DNA of 64,000 bases from Parcubacteria group bacterium (GTDB taxonomy: Bacteria > Patescibacteriota > Minisyncoccia > Phycocordibacterales > WO2-35-19): NCBI GenBank assembly GCA_012514175.1, contig JAAZAU010000009.1, positions 32,283 to 96,282 of the forward strand, given 5' to 3'. This document shows positions 1 to 9,751 of the stretch, piece after piece. Under the pieces are notes generated by a model, which did not search any database, was not told the origin of the DNA, and saw only the letters and a program-made list of their open reading frames with translations. Position 1 is the stretch's first letter. The number at the start of each line of letters is the position of its first letter. The position numbers and the translations under genes are program-made.

Positions 1-628
1 TAATGTCTAAAACATCGTTTAATACGCCATCTAACCTGTATCTTAATCGGACTACTCCGTCTTCTGGTTCTATATGAATATCTGATGCATCAATAGAAAT
101 AGCTCCGGCTAATATTATTTCTAAAACTTTAGATACGCGATAATTTTTTTGAGAAAGAATTGTTTCTAGAGATTCTTTGATGTCTGCAATACTTTTGACT
201 GACGCAACCAAGCTTTCAATCTCTTGGTTTTCAATATCTACAGCCCCGCTTTTGGTTTCCATAGAGTGCGACAAATCTTTGTAGCGTTCCCAAACTTTGT
301 CTAAACTTTGGTGTGACGCCATAAAAATATTTGGCACATAACCTCGTTTTTTTAGATCTTCAATAACCGCAATGGTTTTTTCATTATGAGGGGAAATAAT
401 CGCTAAGGAAACTCTTTTGTTAACTATATTAAAAGGCGCTACCTTAGCTTCCCGAGCTTCTGATTCTTTGATGGTGCGCAAAGCGTCTATGTTTACCAAA
501 CTGACGGATAAATCAACGTAAGGCAAACCATATTTTTGAGACATAATTTGAACAAGACCTTCCTCTTCTTGTTCCCGAAGTTCTTTAATTCTTTGTCTTT
601 GTTTGTCTTCGTTAAATTGAACGGTCAT
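1..628 (-). CDS. pilB: Type IV pilus / type II secretion assembly ATPase PilB/GspE, N-terminal part (3' end runs off window)
   Basis: Reverse-strand ATG at 628-626. The translation MTVQFNEDKQRQRIKELREQ...ASDIHIEPEDGVVRLRYRLDGVL contains the GspE/PilB 'ASDIHIEP...R.DGVL' signature. No stop before the window edge. Confidence 0.6.
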   Translation of the reverse strand, partial: MTVQFNEDKQRQRIKELREQEEEGLVQIMSQKYGLPYVDLSVSLVNIDALRTIKESEAREAKVAPFNIVNKRVSLAIISPHNEKTIAVIEDLKKRGYVPNIFMASHQSLDKVWERYKDLSHSMETKSGAVDIENQEIESLVASVKSIADIKESLETILSQKNYRVSKVLEIILAGAISIDASDIHIEPEDGVVRLRYRLDGVLNDVLDI

Positions 629-707
629 AGTTTAAGTATAGCAAATTTTTAATTTTTAATTCACAATTTTTACACAAGTTTCAACGTTTTATTTTAGAAT
701 TGTTAGC

Positions 708-735
708 TTGACAAATTCTGTATATTTGCTATAAT
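708..735 (+). promoter_or_regulatory. sigma70-like promoter (TTGACA-16-TATAAT) for the GC-rich ORF
   Basis: TTGACA at 708-713 and TATAAT at 730-735, 16-nt spacer. A strong SD (AGGAGGG, 776-782) lies 5 nt upstream of the ATG at 787. Confidence 0.5.
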
Positions 736-786
736 TAGGGGTAGGTGGTGTTCTATTAAATTTAAATTAAAAAACAGGAGGGCGAG

Positions 787-1356
787 ATGGGAAAAAAGAG
801 TTTGTCGGTCATTTTGTGGCTCTTCTTCTTCGCTTTTTTGGCAGTTTTTTCCGCGCTTGGTCAGGAAACCAAGGCGGAAAAGGCGGAAAGAAAGGCCATT
901 GAAAAGGCCGAAAAGATCTTCCGCCAGCAGGAAAAGTGGAAGATCCAAGCCGGCCTCTCGTGCCCCTTGGGTGGGTACGAGGAAGTTTTTATCCACCCAA
1001 GCTTCGGACGCCAGCTCCTGTATTGGAACGGAGCCGGCGTCCACGGGTTCTTTGCTAGCAGGTACGTCTTTGTCATTGAGGCAAAGAACCCGTACTCCAA
1101 CCTCACTCTAGAAATCAAGAGGGGTGGGGAAAAAGCGGTTGAGAACATGTGCCCCGGCGGCTCAATCGCTTTAGTAGATAGCGCTCCTTTCGGGAGTCGC
1201 TATAAACGGGTGGTCTGGACCGCCCAGGGGGTAGTTGAGGGCCGGATGGCCTTCGGCTACAGCAATCCCGGCTCAGTCTACGTCGGGGGCAGAGAAGGGG
1301 TTAGAGTGTCCTACCCCTGGCTGATGACCCTGGACAGGGTCGACGTCGAATTTTAG
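787..1356 (+). CDS. Secreted hypothetical protein, GC-rich (~57% GC) foreign-looking gene
   Basis: 189-aa ORF with an N-terminal signal-peptide-like hydrophobic stretch (LSVILWLFFFAFLAVFSALG). Its codon usage and GC content differ sharply from neighbours. It is flanked by a consensus promoter and a compound hairpin terminator. Confidence 0.6.
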   Translation: MGKKSLSVILWLFFFAFLAVFSALGQETKAEKAERKAIEKAEKIFRQQEKWKIQAGLSCPLGGYEEVFIHPSFGRQLLYWNGAGVHGFFASRYVFVIEAKNPYSNLTLEIKRGGEKAVENMCPGGSIALVDSAPFGSRYKRVVWTAQGVVEGRMAFGYSNPGSVYVGGREGVRVSYPWLMTLDRVDVEF

Positions 1357-1357
1357 T

Positions 1358-1411
1358 CAGTCCCGTTGGATAAAATCTTAAAAAGATTTTGTTCAACGGG
1401 ACTTTTTGGTT
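1358..1411 (+). terminator. Rho-independent terminator (compound hairpin GTCCCGTTG...CAACGGGAC + T-run)
   Basis: A 9-bp GC-rich outer stem encloses an inner AAAATCTT/AAGATTTT palindrome, followed by TTTTTGGTTT. Confidence 0.6.
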
Positions 1412-1448
1412 TATGGCAGAAGTGTGGCGGTAATGATAATATCAATAT

Positions 1449-1940
1449 ATGGAATTTATATCTAAAAATTTGACAGAAACTTCAAAAATAACCTTTGATT
1501 TTATTGATAATTTGAAACCTGCGACTGGTGGAGCAACTGTGGTTGGACTTTATGGAGACCTGGGTGCAGGCAAGACTACTTTTATGAAATATTTAGCGGA
1601 AGCGCTTGGTTTAGAAGAGGTGATTCAAAGCCCCACTTTTGTTATTATGAAATTTTTTAACCTTGCTGAGCAATCTGAAAACGCAAGATTTCCAAAAACT
1701 GAAAATCCGAAAATAAAAGGTTTTCAAAAATTGATTCACATTGACGCTTATCGTATAGAAGAAGTGAACGAAATGCTTGTTTTAGGTTGGGATAATATCG
1801 TTTCTGATCCTAAAAATCTGGTTTGTGTAGAGTGGCCAGAGAAAATCACTTCTATTATGCCTCCGCATATCAAAATATTTTTTGAACACCTTTCTGAAAA
1901 CGCAAGAAAAATAAAAATAAAATTTAATGAAGAAAACTGA
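1449..1940 (+). CDS. tsaE: tRNA threonylcarbamoyladenosine biosynthesis ATPase TsaE (YjeE)
   Basis: P-loop GDLGAGKTTF and the SPTF motif typical of TsaE. 163 aa. The TGA stop overlaps the polA start. Confidence 0.7.
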   Translation: MEFISKNLTETSKITFDFIDNLKPATGGATVVGLYGDLGAGKTTFMKYLAEALGLEEVIQSPTFVIMKFFNLAEQSENARFPKTENPKIKGFQKLIHIDAYRIEEVNEMLVLGWDNIVSDPKNLVCVEWPEKITSIMPPHIKIFFEHLSENARKIKIKFNEEN

Positions 1941-4338
1941 AAACAAAAAAAGAGTGGTGCTTTTAGATGCTCACGCGATTATTCATCGGGCGTATCATGC
2001 TCTACCTGATTTTGTGACCAGTAAAGGTGAGCCGACGGGAGCGCTTTATGGGTTGGTAACTATGATTTTGAAAATTGTGACAGATTTGAAACCTGACTAT
2101 GTAATTGCTTGTTATGATTTACCAAAACCAACTTATCGTCATGAGGTTTATGAAGGCTATAAAGCTGGTAGAGCCAAAAGCGATGATGTTTTATCAATAC
2201 AACTGGAAACATCAAAAGAAATTTGTTTGGCTTTAAATATCCCAATCTATTCTAAAGAAGGTTTTGAGGCTGATGATATGTTGGGCACCATTGTTGAGAA
2301 ACTAAAAAATTCTAACGTGGACATAGTGATTGCTTCTGGAGATATGGATACTATGCAACTTGTTTCTGACGGTAAAAAGGGGAGTGTTAAGGTTTATACT
2401 TTAAGAAAAGGTATAAAAGATACTATTTTATATGACGAAAAAGGTGTAAAAGAAAGGTTTGGGTTTGAACCTAAGTTTTTGGTGGATTTCAAAGGTTTGC
2501 GAGGCGATCCGTCTGACAATATTATCGGTGTCGCTGGTATTGGAGAGAAGAGCGCCACCGATTTGATAAAAAACTTTGGCACGATTGAAAACATTTATAA
2601 AGTTTTAAAAAAGAATCCAGAAAAATTTGAGGAAGCGGGTATAAGAAAAGGGATTGTGGAACTTTTAAAAAACAACGAAGAAGAAGCGAAATTTTCTAAA
2701 ATGCTCGCAACCATTAGAAGAGATGCGCCGATTGATTTTGTTTTACCTGAGCAAAAATGGAAAGAAAATTTAGATTTAAAAAAAGCTGAGTCTCTATTTC
2801 AAAAATTGGAGTTTAGAAATATGAAAGCAAGATTGAAACAAGTGATTGAGGGTTCTCAGAGTGGTTCTGATTCAACAAAAAACCCTTCTGCTGGTTATGA
2901 TACAAAAATTGCTTCTGGTGATAGTTTGGAGAAAAGTGAAACTAATCAAGAAATAGAAGAAACCAAATTGGCGCTTTGGGTAGTTGATTCAAACATAACT
3001 GATCCAAGCATAGAAGATGTTTTAAATTTTGCTAACGATGATTCGTTTGAAAAATCTAAAGAAATTATTTTTCGTGAGCTTAAAAAAAGACAAAGTGAAA
3101 AAGTTTTTGAAGAAATAGAAAAACCGCTTATGTCAGTAATTAAAGATATGGAAGAGCGTGGAGTTTTAGTTGATAAAGATTTTTTAAAGGAATTAAATAA
3201 AAAATATTCTGAAGAGCTTGAAAAAATAAAAGAGAAAATTTGGCAGGAAGCTGGTATGCAATTTAATATTTCTTCACCAAAACAACTTGGAGAAGTGCTT
3301 TTTGAAAAGTTAGGTCTTAGTGTAAAAAATCAGAAAAAAACTAGCACTGGAGCTAAATCTACCAGAGAATCAGAATTGCAAAAAATGGTTGATTTGCACC
3401 CCATTATTCCAATGATTCTAGAATATCGGGAGCTTTCAAAACTTATTTCTACTTATATAGAACCCATTCCTAAAACAATAGATAAAGAAGGTCGGTTGCA
3501 TGCGAGATTTATTCAGGCAGGCACTACCACCGGCAGGATGTCTTCTACTAATCCAAATTTGCAAAACATTCCCACTAGTTCGGTACGAGGCTCTGCTATA
3601 CGCAACGCTTTTGTGGCTCCTCAAGGGTTTAAACTTGGGGCTTTTGATTATTCTCAAATAGAATTACGCATCGCAGCTTTTTTGTCTGGTGATGAGAAAT
3701 TAATTCAAATTTTTAAATCAGGTCAAGATGTGCACACCAGTGTTGCTTCACAGGTTTTTAAAGTGCCGTTTGAGAAAGTTGATAAGGAAATGCGGAGACG
3801 TGCCAAGGTTATTAACTTCGGTATCCTTTATGGTATGGGAGTTAACGCGCTTTTACAAAATTTAGGTTCAGATAGAAAAACAGCTCAAGAATTTTATAAT
3901 ACTTATTTTCAAAATTTTGAAGGTTTGGCGCAATATCTTGATAAAACTAAAGTAGATGCAACCAAAAAAGGATTTACAGAAACACTTTTTGGTAGACGTA
4001 GATATTTTGAGGGTTTGAAATCTAAAATACCTTTTATTAAAGCTGCCGCTGAGAGAATGGCTATCAATGCTCCCATTCAAGGAACCGAGGCGGATATTAT
4101 AAAAATGGCTATGAGTAAAGTTGATCTTTTTCTAAAAAACAACAATTTAAAAAACAAAGTTTTTTTGATTATGCAAATACATGACGAGCTGATTTATGAA
4201 ATAAAAGAAGAAGTTATAAACACAGTGGTTCCTCAGATAACAGACATAATGCAAAATATAATTTCTTTGGAAGAAACCAAAGGTGTGCCGATAGTTGTAA
4301 ATTTTAAGAGTGGTTACAATTGGGGTGAGATGAAATAA
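1927..4338 (+). CDS. polA: DNA polymerase I (5'-3' exonuclease + polymerase domains, reduced 3'-5' exo region)
   Basis: N-terminal FEN-like region (LLDAHAIIHRAYHAL, GDMDTMQL). C-terminal family-A polymerase motifs (RRRAKVINFGILYGMG, QIHDELIYE). 803 aa. Confidence 0.9.
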   Translation: MKKTENKKRVVLLDAHAIIHRAYHALPDFVTSKGEPTGALYGLVTMILKIVTDLKPDYVIACYDLPKPTYRHEVYEGYKAGRAKSDDVLSIQLETSKEICLALNIPIYSKEGFEADDMLGTIVEKLKNSNVDIVIASGDMDTMQLVSDGKKGSVKVYTLRKGIKDTILYDEKGVKERFGFEPKFLVDFKGLRGDPSDNIIGVAGIGEKSATDLIKNFGTIENIYKVLKKNPEKFEEAGIRKGIVELLKNNEEEAKFSKMLATIRRDAPIDFVLPEQKWKENLDLKKAESLFQKLEFRNMKARLKQVIEGSQSGSDSTKNPSAGYDTKIASGDSLEKSETNQEIEETKLALWVVDSNITDPSIEDVLNFANDDSFEKSKEIIFRELKKRQSEKVFEEIEKPLMSVIKDMEERGVLVDKDFLKELNKKYSEELEKIKEKIWQEAGMQFNISSPKQLGEVLFEKLGLSVKNQKKTSTGAKSTRESELQKMVDLHPIIPMILEYRELSKLISTYIEPIPKTIDKEGRLHARFIQAGTTTGRMSSTNPNLQNIPTSSVRGSAIRNAFVAPQGFKLGAFDYSQIELRIAAFLSGDEKLIQIFKSGQDVHTSVASQVFKVPFEKVDKEMRRRAKVINFGILYGMGVNALLQNLGSDRKTAQEFYNTYFQNFEGLAQYLDKTKVDATKKGFTETLFGRRRYFEGLKSKIPFIKAAAERMAINAPIQGTEADIIKMAMSKVDLFLKNNNLKNKVFLIMQIHDELIYEIKEEVINTVVPQITDIMQNIISLEETKGVPIVVNFKSGYNWGEMK

Positions 4339-4345
4339 AAATAAT

Positions 4346-4807
4346 ATGAATCAAGATAGTTTGTTTAAACAATATAAAGGTGTCTTTGAAAGTAAAGAAA
4401 AGGTTGCAAGACCGGAAAATGAAAATCTTTCTAGGTATGCTTACAATCCTTTTGCTTTGCAAGACGCTTTAGGGGAGAAAGATAAGAAAAAAATCTGGAT
4501 AGAATATGTAAAACTTAGACTACAAGGTGTTAAAACAGAAGAAATTATTCATATAGTTATAAGTAAAATAAAAAATATGTCCGCCATATCTGCTGGAGCC
4601 AAAAAAGAAAATCTTGGCTTGAAAGATTACCCTTATAACAAATCAAAACGTGATGTAAAAAATTGGTCGGAGATTAAACTTAAAGATTTTTATAACAAAT
4701 TAGTTTTTCTTTACCACGAATCAAGAGGTGCTCGCCTGAATGGTTATTCAGACGGAGAAAACAAAGACCTAGATACGGTTTTAGAAAAAATATTACTCCA
4801 AGTTTAG
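4346..4807 (+). CDS. Hypothetical protein
   Basis: 153-aa ORF directly downstream of polA. No recognisable motif. Confidence 0.4.
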   Translation: MNQDSLFKQYKGVFESKEKVARPENENLSRYAYNPFALQDALGEKDKKKIWIEYVKLRLQGVKTEEIIHIVISKIKNMSAISAGAKKENLGLKDYPYNKSKRDVKNWSEIKLKDFYNKLVFLYHESRGARLNGYSDGENKDLDTVLEKILLQV

Positions 4808-4852
4808 GTTTTTTCTGAAAATGAACAGGTGTCTTCTTATTAAAATCTCTAT

Positions 4853-5461
4853 TTAAATCCAGTTTTGGTTAATTAGAAAAGTTTTTACTTGTTTAAATAT
4901 TTTTTCGTGACCAAGGGTGTTTGGGTGCAAACCGTCATCTAAATCTTTTGGTTCTAAAATTCCAAAAACATTTAAATATGGAACATTAAATTCCGAACAA
5001 ATGTTTTTTGTGAAATTATTGTATTTTTTTATTTCCGAATTTGTATAGTAAATATCTTCCCACAAGATCGGCGCTGTTTTTTGTTCGTCTACGTTTGTAA
5101 ATCCTATAAAAATTATATTCCCTGTTATTTTTTGGGCTCTTGTTATTATTTCTCTAACATTATTTTCAAATTGTTCTACGGAAACATTGTTCTCTCCATT
5201 TCTGCTTATCAAACAAGAATCATTTCCTCCGCTTTGAAATATAAAAGCATCAGCTTCTCTGGTTTGGGCTTCACTTTCAAATCTCTCTAAAATTGCACTG
5301 GTGGTTCCCCCTGGAAGACTTAAATTGTAAATTAAACATTCACCACCGGTTCTTTTTGCGGTTTCTAACCATAAACGATTTACCCAACCACCCATTTCCA
5401 TATCTGACGCTCCCCAGGCTGTGCTGTCTCCAAAGATACAAATTGATGTTGGTTTTTGCAT
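4853..5461 (-). CDS. SGNH/GDSL-family hydrolase (lipase/esterase-like)
   Basis: GDS motif near the N-terminus (IFGDSTAWG), a GGND block (QSGGNDS) and a DGLHP..GH block consistent with SGNH catalytic blocks I, III and V. Confidence 0.6.
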   Translation of the reverse strand: MQKPTSICIFGDSTAWGASDMEMGGWVNRLWLETAKRTGGECLIYNLSLPGGTTSAILERFESEAQTREADAFIFQSGGNDSCLISRNGENNVSVEQFENNVREIITRAQKITGNIIFIGFTNVDEQKTAPILWEDIYYTNSEIKKYNNFTKNICSEFNVPYLNVFGILEPKDLDDGLHPNTLGHEKIFKQVKTFLINQNWI

Positions 5462-5561
5462 AATTAATTTAGTTTAGATATTTATATTGTTAAACAACTA
5501 AAAATAAATATCGTGAAATTAAAAAACAAAAAGGTTTCGCAGACTATTGATAAATGATACT

Positions 5562-5638
5562 TGGTCCGCTCGGGGGGAATCGAACCCTCGACCATCTCCT
5601 TAAAAGGGAGCTGCTCTACCGACTGAGCTACGAGCGGA
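5562..5638 (-). tRNA. tRNA-Lys (anticodon UUU), CCA encoded
   Basis: The reverse complement folds as a cloverleaf: acceptor TCCGCTC/GAGCGGA, D-arm GCTCAGTCGGTAGAGC, anticodon loop CUUUUAA, T-arm GGTTCGATTCC. Confidence 0.75.
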
Positions 5639-5671
5639 TTAAACAAACATTAAAAAATATAACATAAAAAA

Positions 5672-6076
5672 TTATAACGGCAAATCTAAAGCGAAGGCGC
5701 CCGCACCAGAAAACAGAAGAGAGACTACAATAGCGAGAAGCATTACATAAAAAACTAAATTTCTTTTCAGAAGGTCTGGTTCTTTGTATTCAATATAAGT
5801 TTCTGCAAAAGTTAATAAAGCTAAGACTAAAGCTGCAATTTGAGTATAAAATCCCAACAAAAACATTACACCACCAACTATTTCTATGCCTCCTAATATT
5901 TTAAGAGCAATTTCTGGCTTAGGGATTTTCAAAGCAGAAAAAGAAGACAACCAATGATCTTTCTCGTGTTTAAAAGCTAAAAAACCTAAATTTATAAATA
6001 TGAACCCAGCGACTATTCTTAAAATAAAAGGCGCTAATAGTGAATAAGTTAAAAGGTCTGGAAATGGATTTAACAT
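5672..6076 (-). CDS. DoxX-family membrane protein
   Basis: 134 aa with four predicted TM helices and a hydrophobic pattern typical of DoxX. Confidence 0.45.
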   Translation of the reverse strand: MLNPFPDLLTYSLLAPFILRIVAGFIFINLGFLAFKHEKDHWLSSFSALKIPKPEIALKILGGIEIVGGVMFLLGFYTQIAALVLALLTFAETYIEYKEPDLLKRNLVFYVMLLAIVVSLLFSGAGAFALDLPL

Positions 6077-6094
6077 ACGTGTAGTATAACAATT

Positions 6095-6574
6095 ATGGAA
6101 AAGGTTGTCATTTTGAATAATATAAGAAGCAATGAAAACGTCGGCTCCATTTTTCGGACAGCAGATGGTGCAGGTGTTTCTAAAATAATACTTTGTGGTT
6201 ATACACCAGCGCCTTTAGATAGATTTGGCAGAGAAAACAAAGGGCTTGTTAAAGCGTCATTAGGTGCAGAGAAATCGGTGGTGTGGGAAAAGTTTGAGAA
6301 TTTAAAAGAAGCGATTAAGAATGCTCGCTCAAAAAATTTTGTGATAGTTGGAGTTGAGCAAGACAAACAGGCTATTGATTATAGAAAGATAAAACAAATA
6401 GCAACCAACAACCAACATTTAGCATTGGTGTTTGGTAACGAAGTAGAAGGTTTATCAAAAACCGATTTAAAACTTTGTGATGTTGTCGCGGAATTGCCAA
6501 TGAAAGGCAAAAAAGAATCTCTCAATGTTTCTGTTTGTGCTGGGATTGTTTTATATTCTTTAATAACGGATTGA
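6095..6574 (+). CDS. SpoU/TrmH-family RNA 2'-O-methyltransferase
   Basis: Motifs NVGSIFRTADGAG, LVFGNEVEGLS and a C-terminal SLNVSV...AGIVLY are typical of the SPOUT (SpoU) MTase family. Confidence 0.6.
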   Translation: MEKVVILNNIRSNENVGSIFRTADGAGVSKIILCGYTPAPLDRFGRENKGLVKASLGAEKSVVWEKFENLKEAIKNARSKNFVIVGVEQDKQAIDYRKIKQIATNNQHLALVFGNEVEGLSKTDLKLCDVVAELPMKGKKESLNVSVCAGIVLYSLITD

Positions 6575-7531
6575 GTCTACAACCAGATTGTTTTCATCAT
6601 AAAGACTTATGGTGTCATGTTCTTTGTGCCAAAGAGCGCTACTAAATTTATTTAAGTAAATACGATATTCGTTACCTGGAAAATCGGTGTCTCCAAAATG
6701 ATTCGCGACACAAGTGTTATAGTTTATTTGAGTGGTTATGTAATTTTTACAAGAACTAGACACAGTGTCAGGCAAATTTCTTATAAACTCACTGCCTTTG
6801 GTAGTGCAACGTCCTATCCTTTCTATAACATCCAAACACTCACTATTTCTTTCGGGAACACTGGAAAAAATTGGCAACTTTTCATCTTTGGGTTTTGGGC
6901 ACTGGAGCGATAATCCTGGGTAAAAAGTTCGGTTTTCTTCAAAAAAACCGGTGCATTTATTGGTGCGAAACGACGTGCCAATAGGGGAGAAGCCTTTGGT
7001 GATATAAACTTTGTCTCCTTTTTGAAGAATAACATCACTTTCGTTTTTGGTAGAGGGGAAAGGCAACAGAGATGCTCCACCTATAACTGCAGAATAACCC
7101 GTAACTTCGCTTTTGAGATACCAGCCGGTTATTTTTAAAACCTCGTCATCTTTCAAATTGGTGTAAAGAGAAACATATTGTCTGTCGGGATTGTCGCTGT
7201 AAAAACCTGACACACTGGATATCCTTATTTTTCCATAATAAGGTGAACGTTTGCTTTCTTCAATTTGTTTGTTTATTTCTTTTTCTATTTTTTTCAGTTC
7301 TTTTTCAACCTTTTTTATTTCTTTAGCTATACTTTTGTTTGCTGAATATGATTGGTTGGCGAGATGTTTTTGATTAGTTGAGTTTGAAATATTTTTTGAT
7401 GATCCACTAAACGAAGAAGCGCTGTTCAATTCACTTTTTCTATTGAAGGCGGAATTCTTCAAAGGCTCAAAAGCGAAACCTATGATAATAAGCAGAGCCA
7501 GAAATATAAGAGCTGGTTTTGGACCTTTCAT
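6560..7531 (-). CDS. Secreted protein with coiled-coil segment and lamin-tail-like (LTD) domain
   Basis: Signal peptide (KPALIFLALLIIIGFA) and a KE-rich coiled coil. An LTD-like block (VSLYTNLKDDEVLKITGWYLKS) and a cysteine-rich C-terminus follow. Confidence 0.45.
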   Translation of the reverse strand: MKGPKPALIFLALLIIIGFAFEPLKNSAFNRKSELNSASSFSGSSKNISNSTNQKHLANQSYSANKSIAKEIKKVEKELKKIEKEINKQIEESKRSPYYGKIRISSVSGFYSDNPDRQYVSLYTNLKDDEVLKITGWYLKSEVTGYSAVIGGASLLPFPSTKNESDVILQKGDKVYITKGFSPIGTSFRTNKCTGFFEENRTFYPGLSLQCPKPKDEKLPIFSSVPERNSECLDVIERIGRCTTKGSEFIRNLPDTVSSSCKNYITTQINYNTCVANHFGDTDFPGNEYRIYLNKFSSALWHKEHDTISLYDENNLVVDSIRY

Positions 7532-7532
7532 T

Positions 7533-8393
7533 TTATTTGTATATTAATTGATGTTTAGGACAAAAGTGGGCGCTTCGACCTTTTATTACTATTCTTTCTA
7601 TTGTGCCTGAGCAGTTAGTTTTTAAACATTTTTCTCCTTTGCGCCCGTAAACTTTATGAAAATTTTGAAAATTACCTTTTTTGCCAAAAGCGTTAAGATA
7701 GTCTGATTTAGAATCACCACCTTCTTTAATAGAAAGTTTTAAAATTTTTTGCATCGCTTTGAAAATTTCTCCGAATTTGCGTTGAGGAATTTTGTTTGTC
7801 ACTGAAACAGGATGGATTCCAGTTTGCCAGAGTATTTCATCTGAATAAATATTGCCAATGCCAGACAAAAATTTTTGTTCCATTAAGGCTGATTTTATGG
7901 GTAATTTTTTGCTGTGAAAAATTTCAAAAAGATTTTTAGCACTGAATTTTGGATCCAAAGGTTCTGGCCCTAATTGACCAATTCGTTTGTGTAGATGCAA
8001 TTCATTGGTTTTAAAAAATTCTACTGAAGCAAACTTTCTCATATCGGCTAAGACCAAATTTTTACCATCTGATAATTTGAAGATAAGATGAACAAATTTA
8101 TTATTTGGATATAACCCATACATCAAATTACCAGTCATTTTCATATGCACAATGATGGTGTAATCATTAGAAAGTTTGATTAAAATATTTTTCGCTTTTC
8201 TTTCTATGTTTTTTATGGTGCTACCCGTAATTATTTTTTTAAATTGCTCAAGATATTTTTTATTTTTGATGTTTTGTTTATTATTGTGTTTGGCGCCAAT
8301 ATGAAAATCTGACCAGACATCTTTAATCGTCTTGCCGATAATAACTTTTTTCAGACCTTTTACGGTTGTTTGTACTTCAGGTAATTCGGGCAT
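7533..8393 (-). CDS. mutM: Formamidopyrimidine-DNA glycosylase (Fpg/MutM)
   Basis: N-terminal MPELPEV catalytic motif, H2TH region and a C-terminal zinc-finger (CxxC...CPKHQ). 286 aa. Confidence 0.8.
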   Translation of the reverse strand: MPELPEVQTTVKGLKKVIIGKTIKDVWSDFHIGAKHNNKQNIKNKKYLEQFKKIITGSTIKNIERKAKNILIKLSNDYTIIVHMKMTGNLMYGLYPNNKFVHLIFKLSDGKNLVLADMRKFASVEFFKTNELHLHKRIGQLGPEPLDPKFSAKNLFEIFHSKKLPIKSALMEQKFLSGIGNIYSDEILWQTGIHPVSVTNKIPQRKFGEIFKAMQKILKLSIKEGGDSKSDYLNAFGKKGNFQNFHKVYGRKGEKCLKTNCSGTIERIVIKGRSAHFCPKHQLIYK

Positions 8394-8448
8394 TGAAAAT
8401 CATTTATGGCTAATGGAGTATGTATTATACAAGAAAATACAAAAAATA

Positions 8449-9750
8449 TCAAGTTCTGTTTATGATTTTTTGGAGTTCTTCGCGAACCACAGTAGCATCA
8501 TCCCAAGGGGTTTTTTTGCCATTGGCTTCCATAATGTAGGGGTCTGTGCCTTTACCAGTGATCAAGACAGCAACATTTTTGTTGTCTGGTTCAAGGGAGG
8601 CGATTTTAAGAGCTCGGTTTATGGCTTCGCGCCTGTCTATAATTATTTCTGCTGATTTTTTGGTGATGCCTTTTTTAATATCTTCCAATATTTTCATCGG
8701 GTCTTCGTCGTAAGGATCTTCGTTGGTTAGAATTATTTGATCACAATATTTCTCAGCAATTTTACCCATTTCTGTTCTTTTCCATTTGTCTCTGCCACCA
8801 CCAGTGTTACCAAGCACGCAAATATTTTTATACCTATGGTAAGTTTCGTAAACTGCTTTAAGTGAATCGGGTGTGTGAGCATAATCAACTACTACCTCAA
8901 AATTTTGACCCGCGTTTATTTTTTCCATTCTGCCTCTTATAAAGTCTATATTTTCAAGACCTTTTTTTATGGTTTCGTCTTTTACTCCAAAAAATTTGGT
9001 GCAGTATATGGCGCCAAGCATATTTGATACATTAAATATACCAGGTAATTTGCTATGAATAACTAATTTACCAATTTGAAACGAGGAACTTTTTTCAGTG
9101 GTTTTGGTGCCGATTGTGTCGTTAAGAGAATAGGGGATTTTGTTTTTTATATTTAATGCTAAAAACTTTTCTCCTTCTTTGTCATCGGCGTTGACAATAA
9201 TTGCCAAATCCTTTTTAGGACTTTTTTCAAGTTCTTTGGCGATGTCTAACTTAGCTTTCAAATATTTTTCGTAAGAACCGTGTGATTCTATGTGTTCTGG
9301 TGCTAAATTAGTAAAAATTAAGGCGTTGAGAAAAAGAAATTTATGGCGAGACTGAGGCACACCTTCAGAACTAAGTTCAATAATTGCGTAATTACAACCT
9401 TCGTTTACCGCGTTGCTTAAAAATTTTTGTGTGAAAAACCGACCCCGTAAAGTCATCTTAAACATATTGCGCCATTCTTTTTCTCCAATTTTGTATCGGA
9501 TGGTGCTAGCTAGAGCGGTTTTTTTGCCATCTGCTTCAAGTATGGCGTTTACTAATTCAGTGGTGGTGGATTTGCCTTTAGTGCCAGTTACTCCTATAAC
9601 AGCTATTTTTTTAGCTGGAAATTTATAGATAAACGCTCCCAGTAAAGCCAGAAAATAATGATATATGGGTTGGCTAAGTTTAAAAAATTTTTTAGGAATT
9701 ATTTTTCTGCCGATATTTAATATTGTCTCTAAAAATTTTGATTCTTTCAT
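8449..9750 (-). CDS. Mur ligase family protein (MurE-like UDP-N-acetylmuramoyl-tripeptide synthetase)
   Basis: Mur ligase ATP-binding motif VIGVTGTKGKSTT and middle/C-terminal domain blocks (DYAHTPDSL, GNTGGGRD). The N-terminal hydrophobic segment is unusual. Confidence 0.55.
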   Translation of the reverse strand: MKESKFLETILNIGRKIIPKKFFKLSQPIYHYFLALLGAFIYKFPAKKIAVIGVTGTKGKSTTTELVNAILEADGKKTALASTIRYKIGEKEWRNMFKMTLRGRFFTQKFLSNAVNEGCNYAIIELSSEGVPQSRHKFLFLNALIFTNLAPEHIESHGSYEKYLKAKLDIAKELEKSPKKDLAIIVNADDKEGEKFLALNIKNKIPYSLNDTIGTKTTEKSSSFQIGKLVIHSKLPGIFNVSNMLGAIYCTKFFGVKDETIKKGLENIDFIRGRMEKINAGQNFEVVVDYAHTPDSLKAVYETYHRYKNICVLGNTGGGRDKWKRTEMGKIAEKYCDQIILTNEDPYDEDPMKILEDIKKGITKKSAEIIIDRREAINRALKIASLEPDNKNVAVLITGKGTDPYIMEANGKKTPWDDATVVREELQKIINRT

Positions 9751-9751
9751 T

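Noticed and set aside
857-1148. ORFs 857-1111 (+) and 861-1148 (-) overlapping the GC-rich gene
   Set aside because: Alternative frames of a GC-rich segment are naturally stop-poor. The 787-1356 frame has the signal peptide, SD and terminator.
8332-8655. 107-aa plus-strand ORF between fpg and the Mur ligase gene
   Set aside because: It overlaps both well-supported minus-strand genes and has no independent signals.
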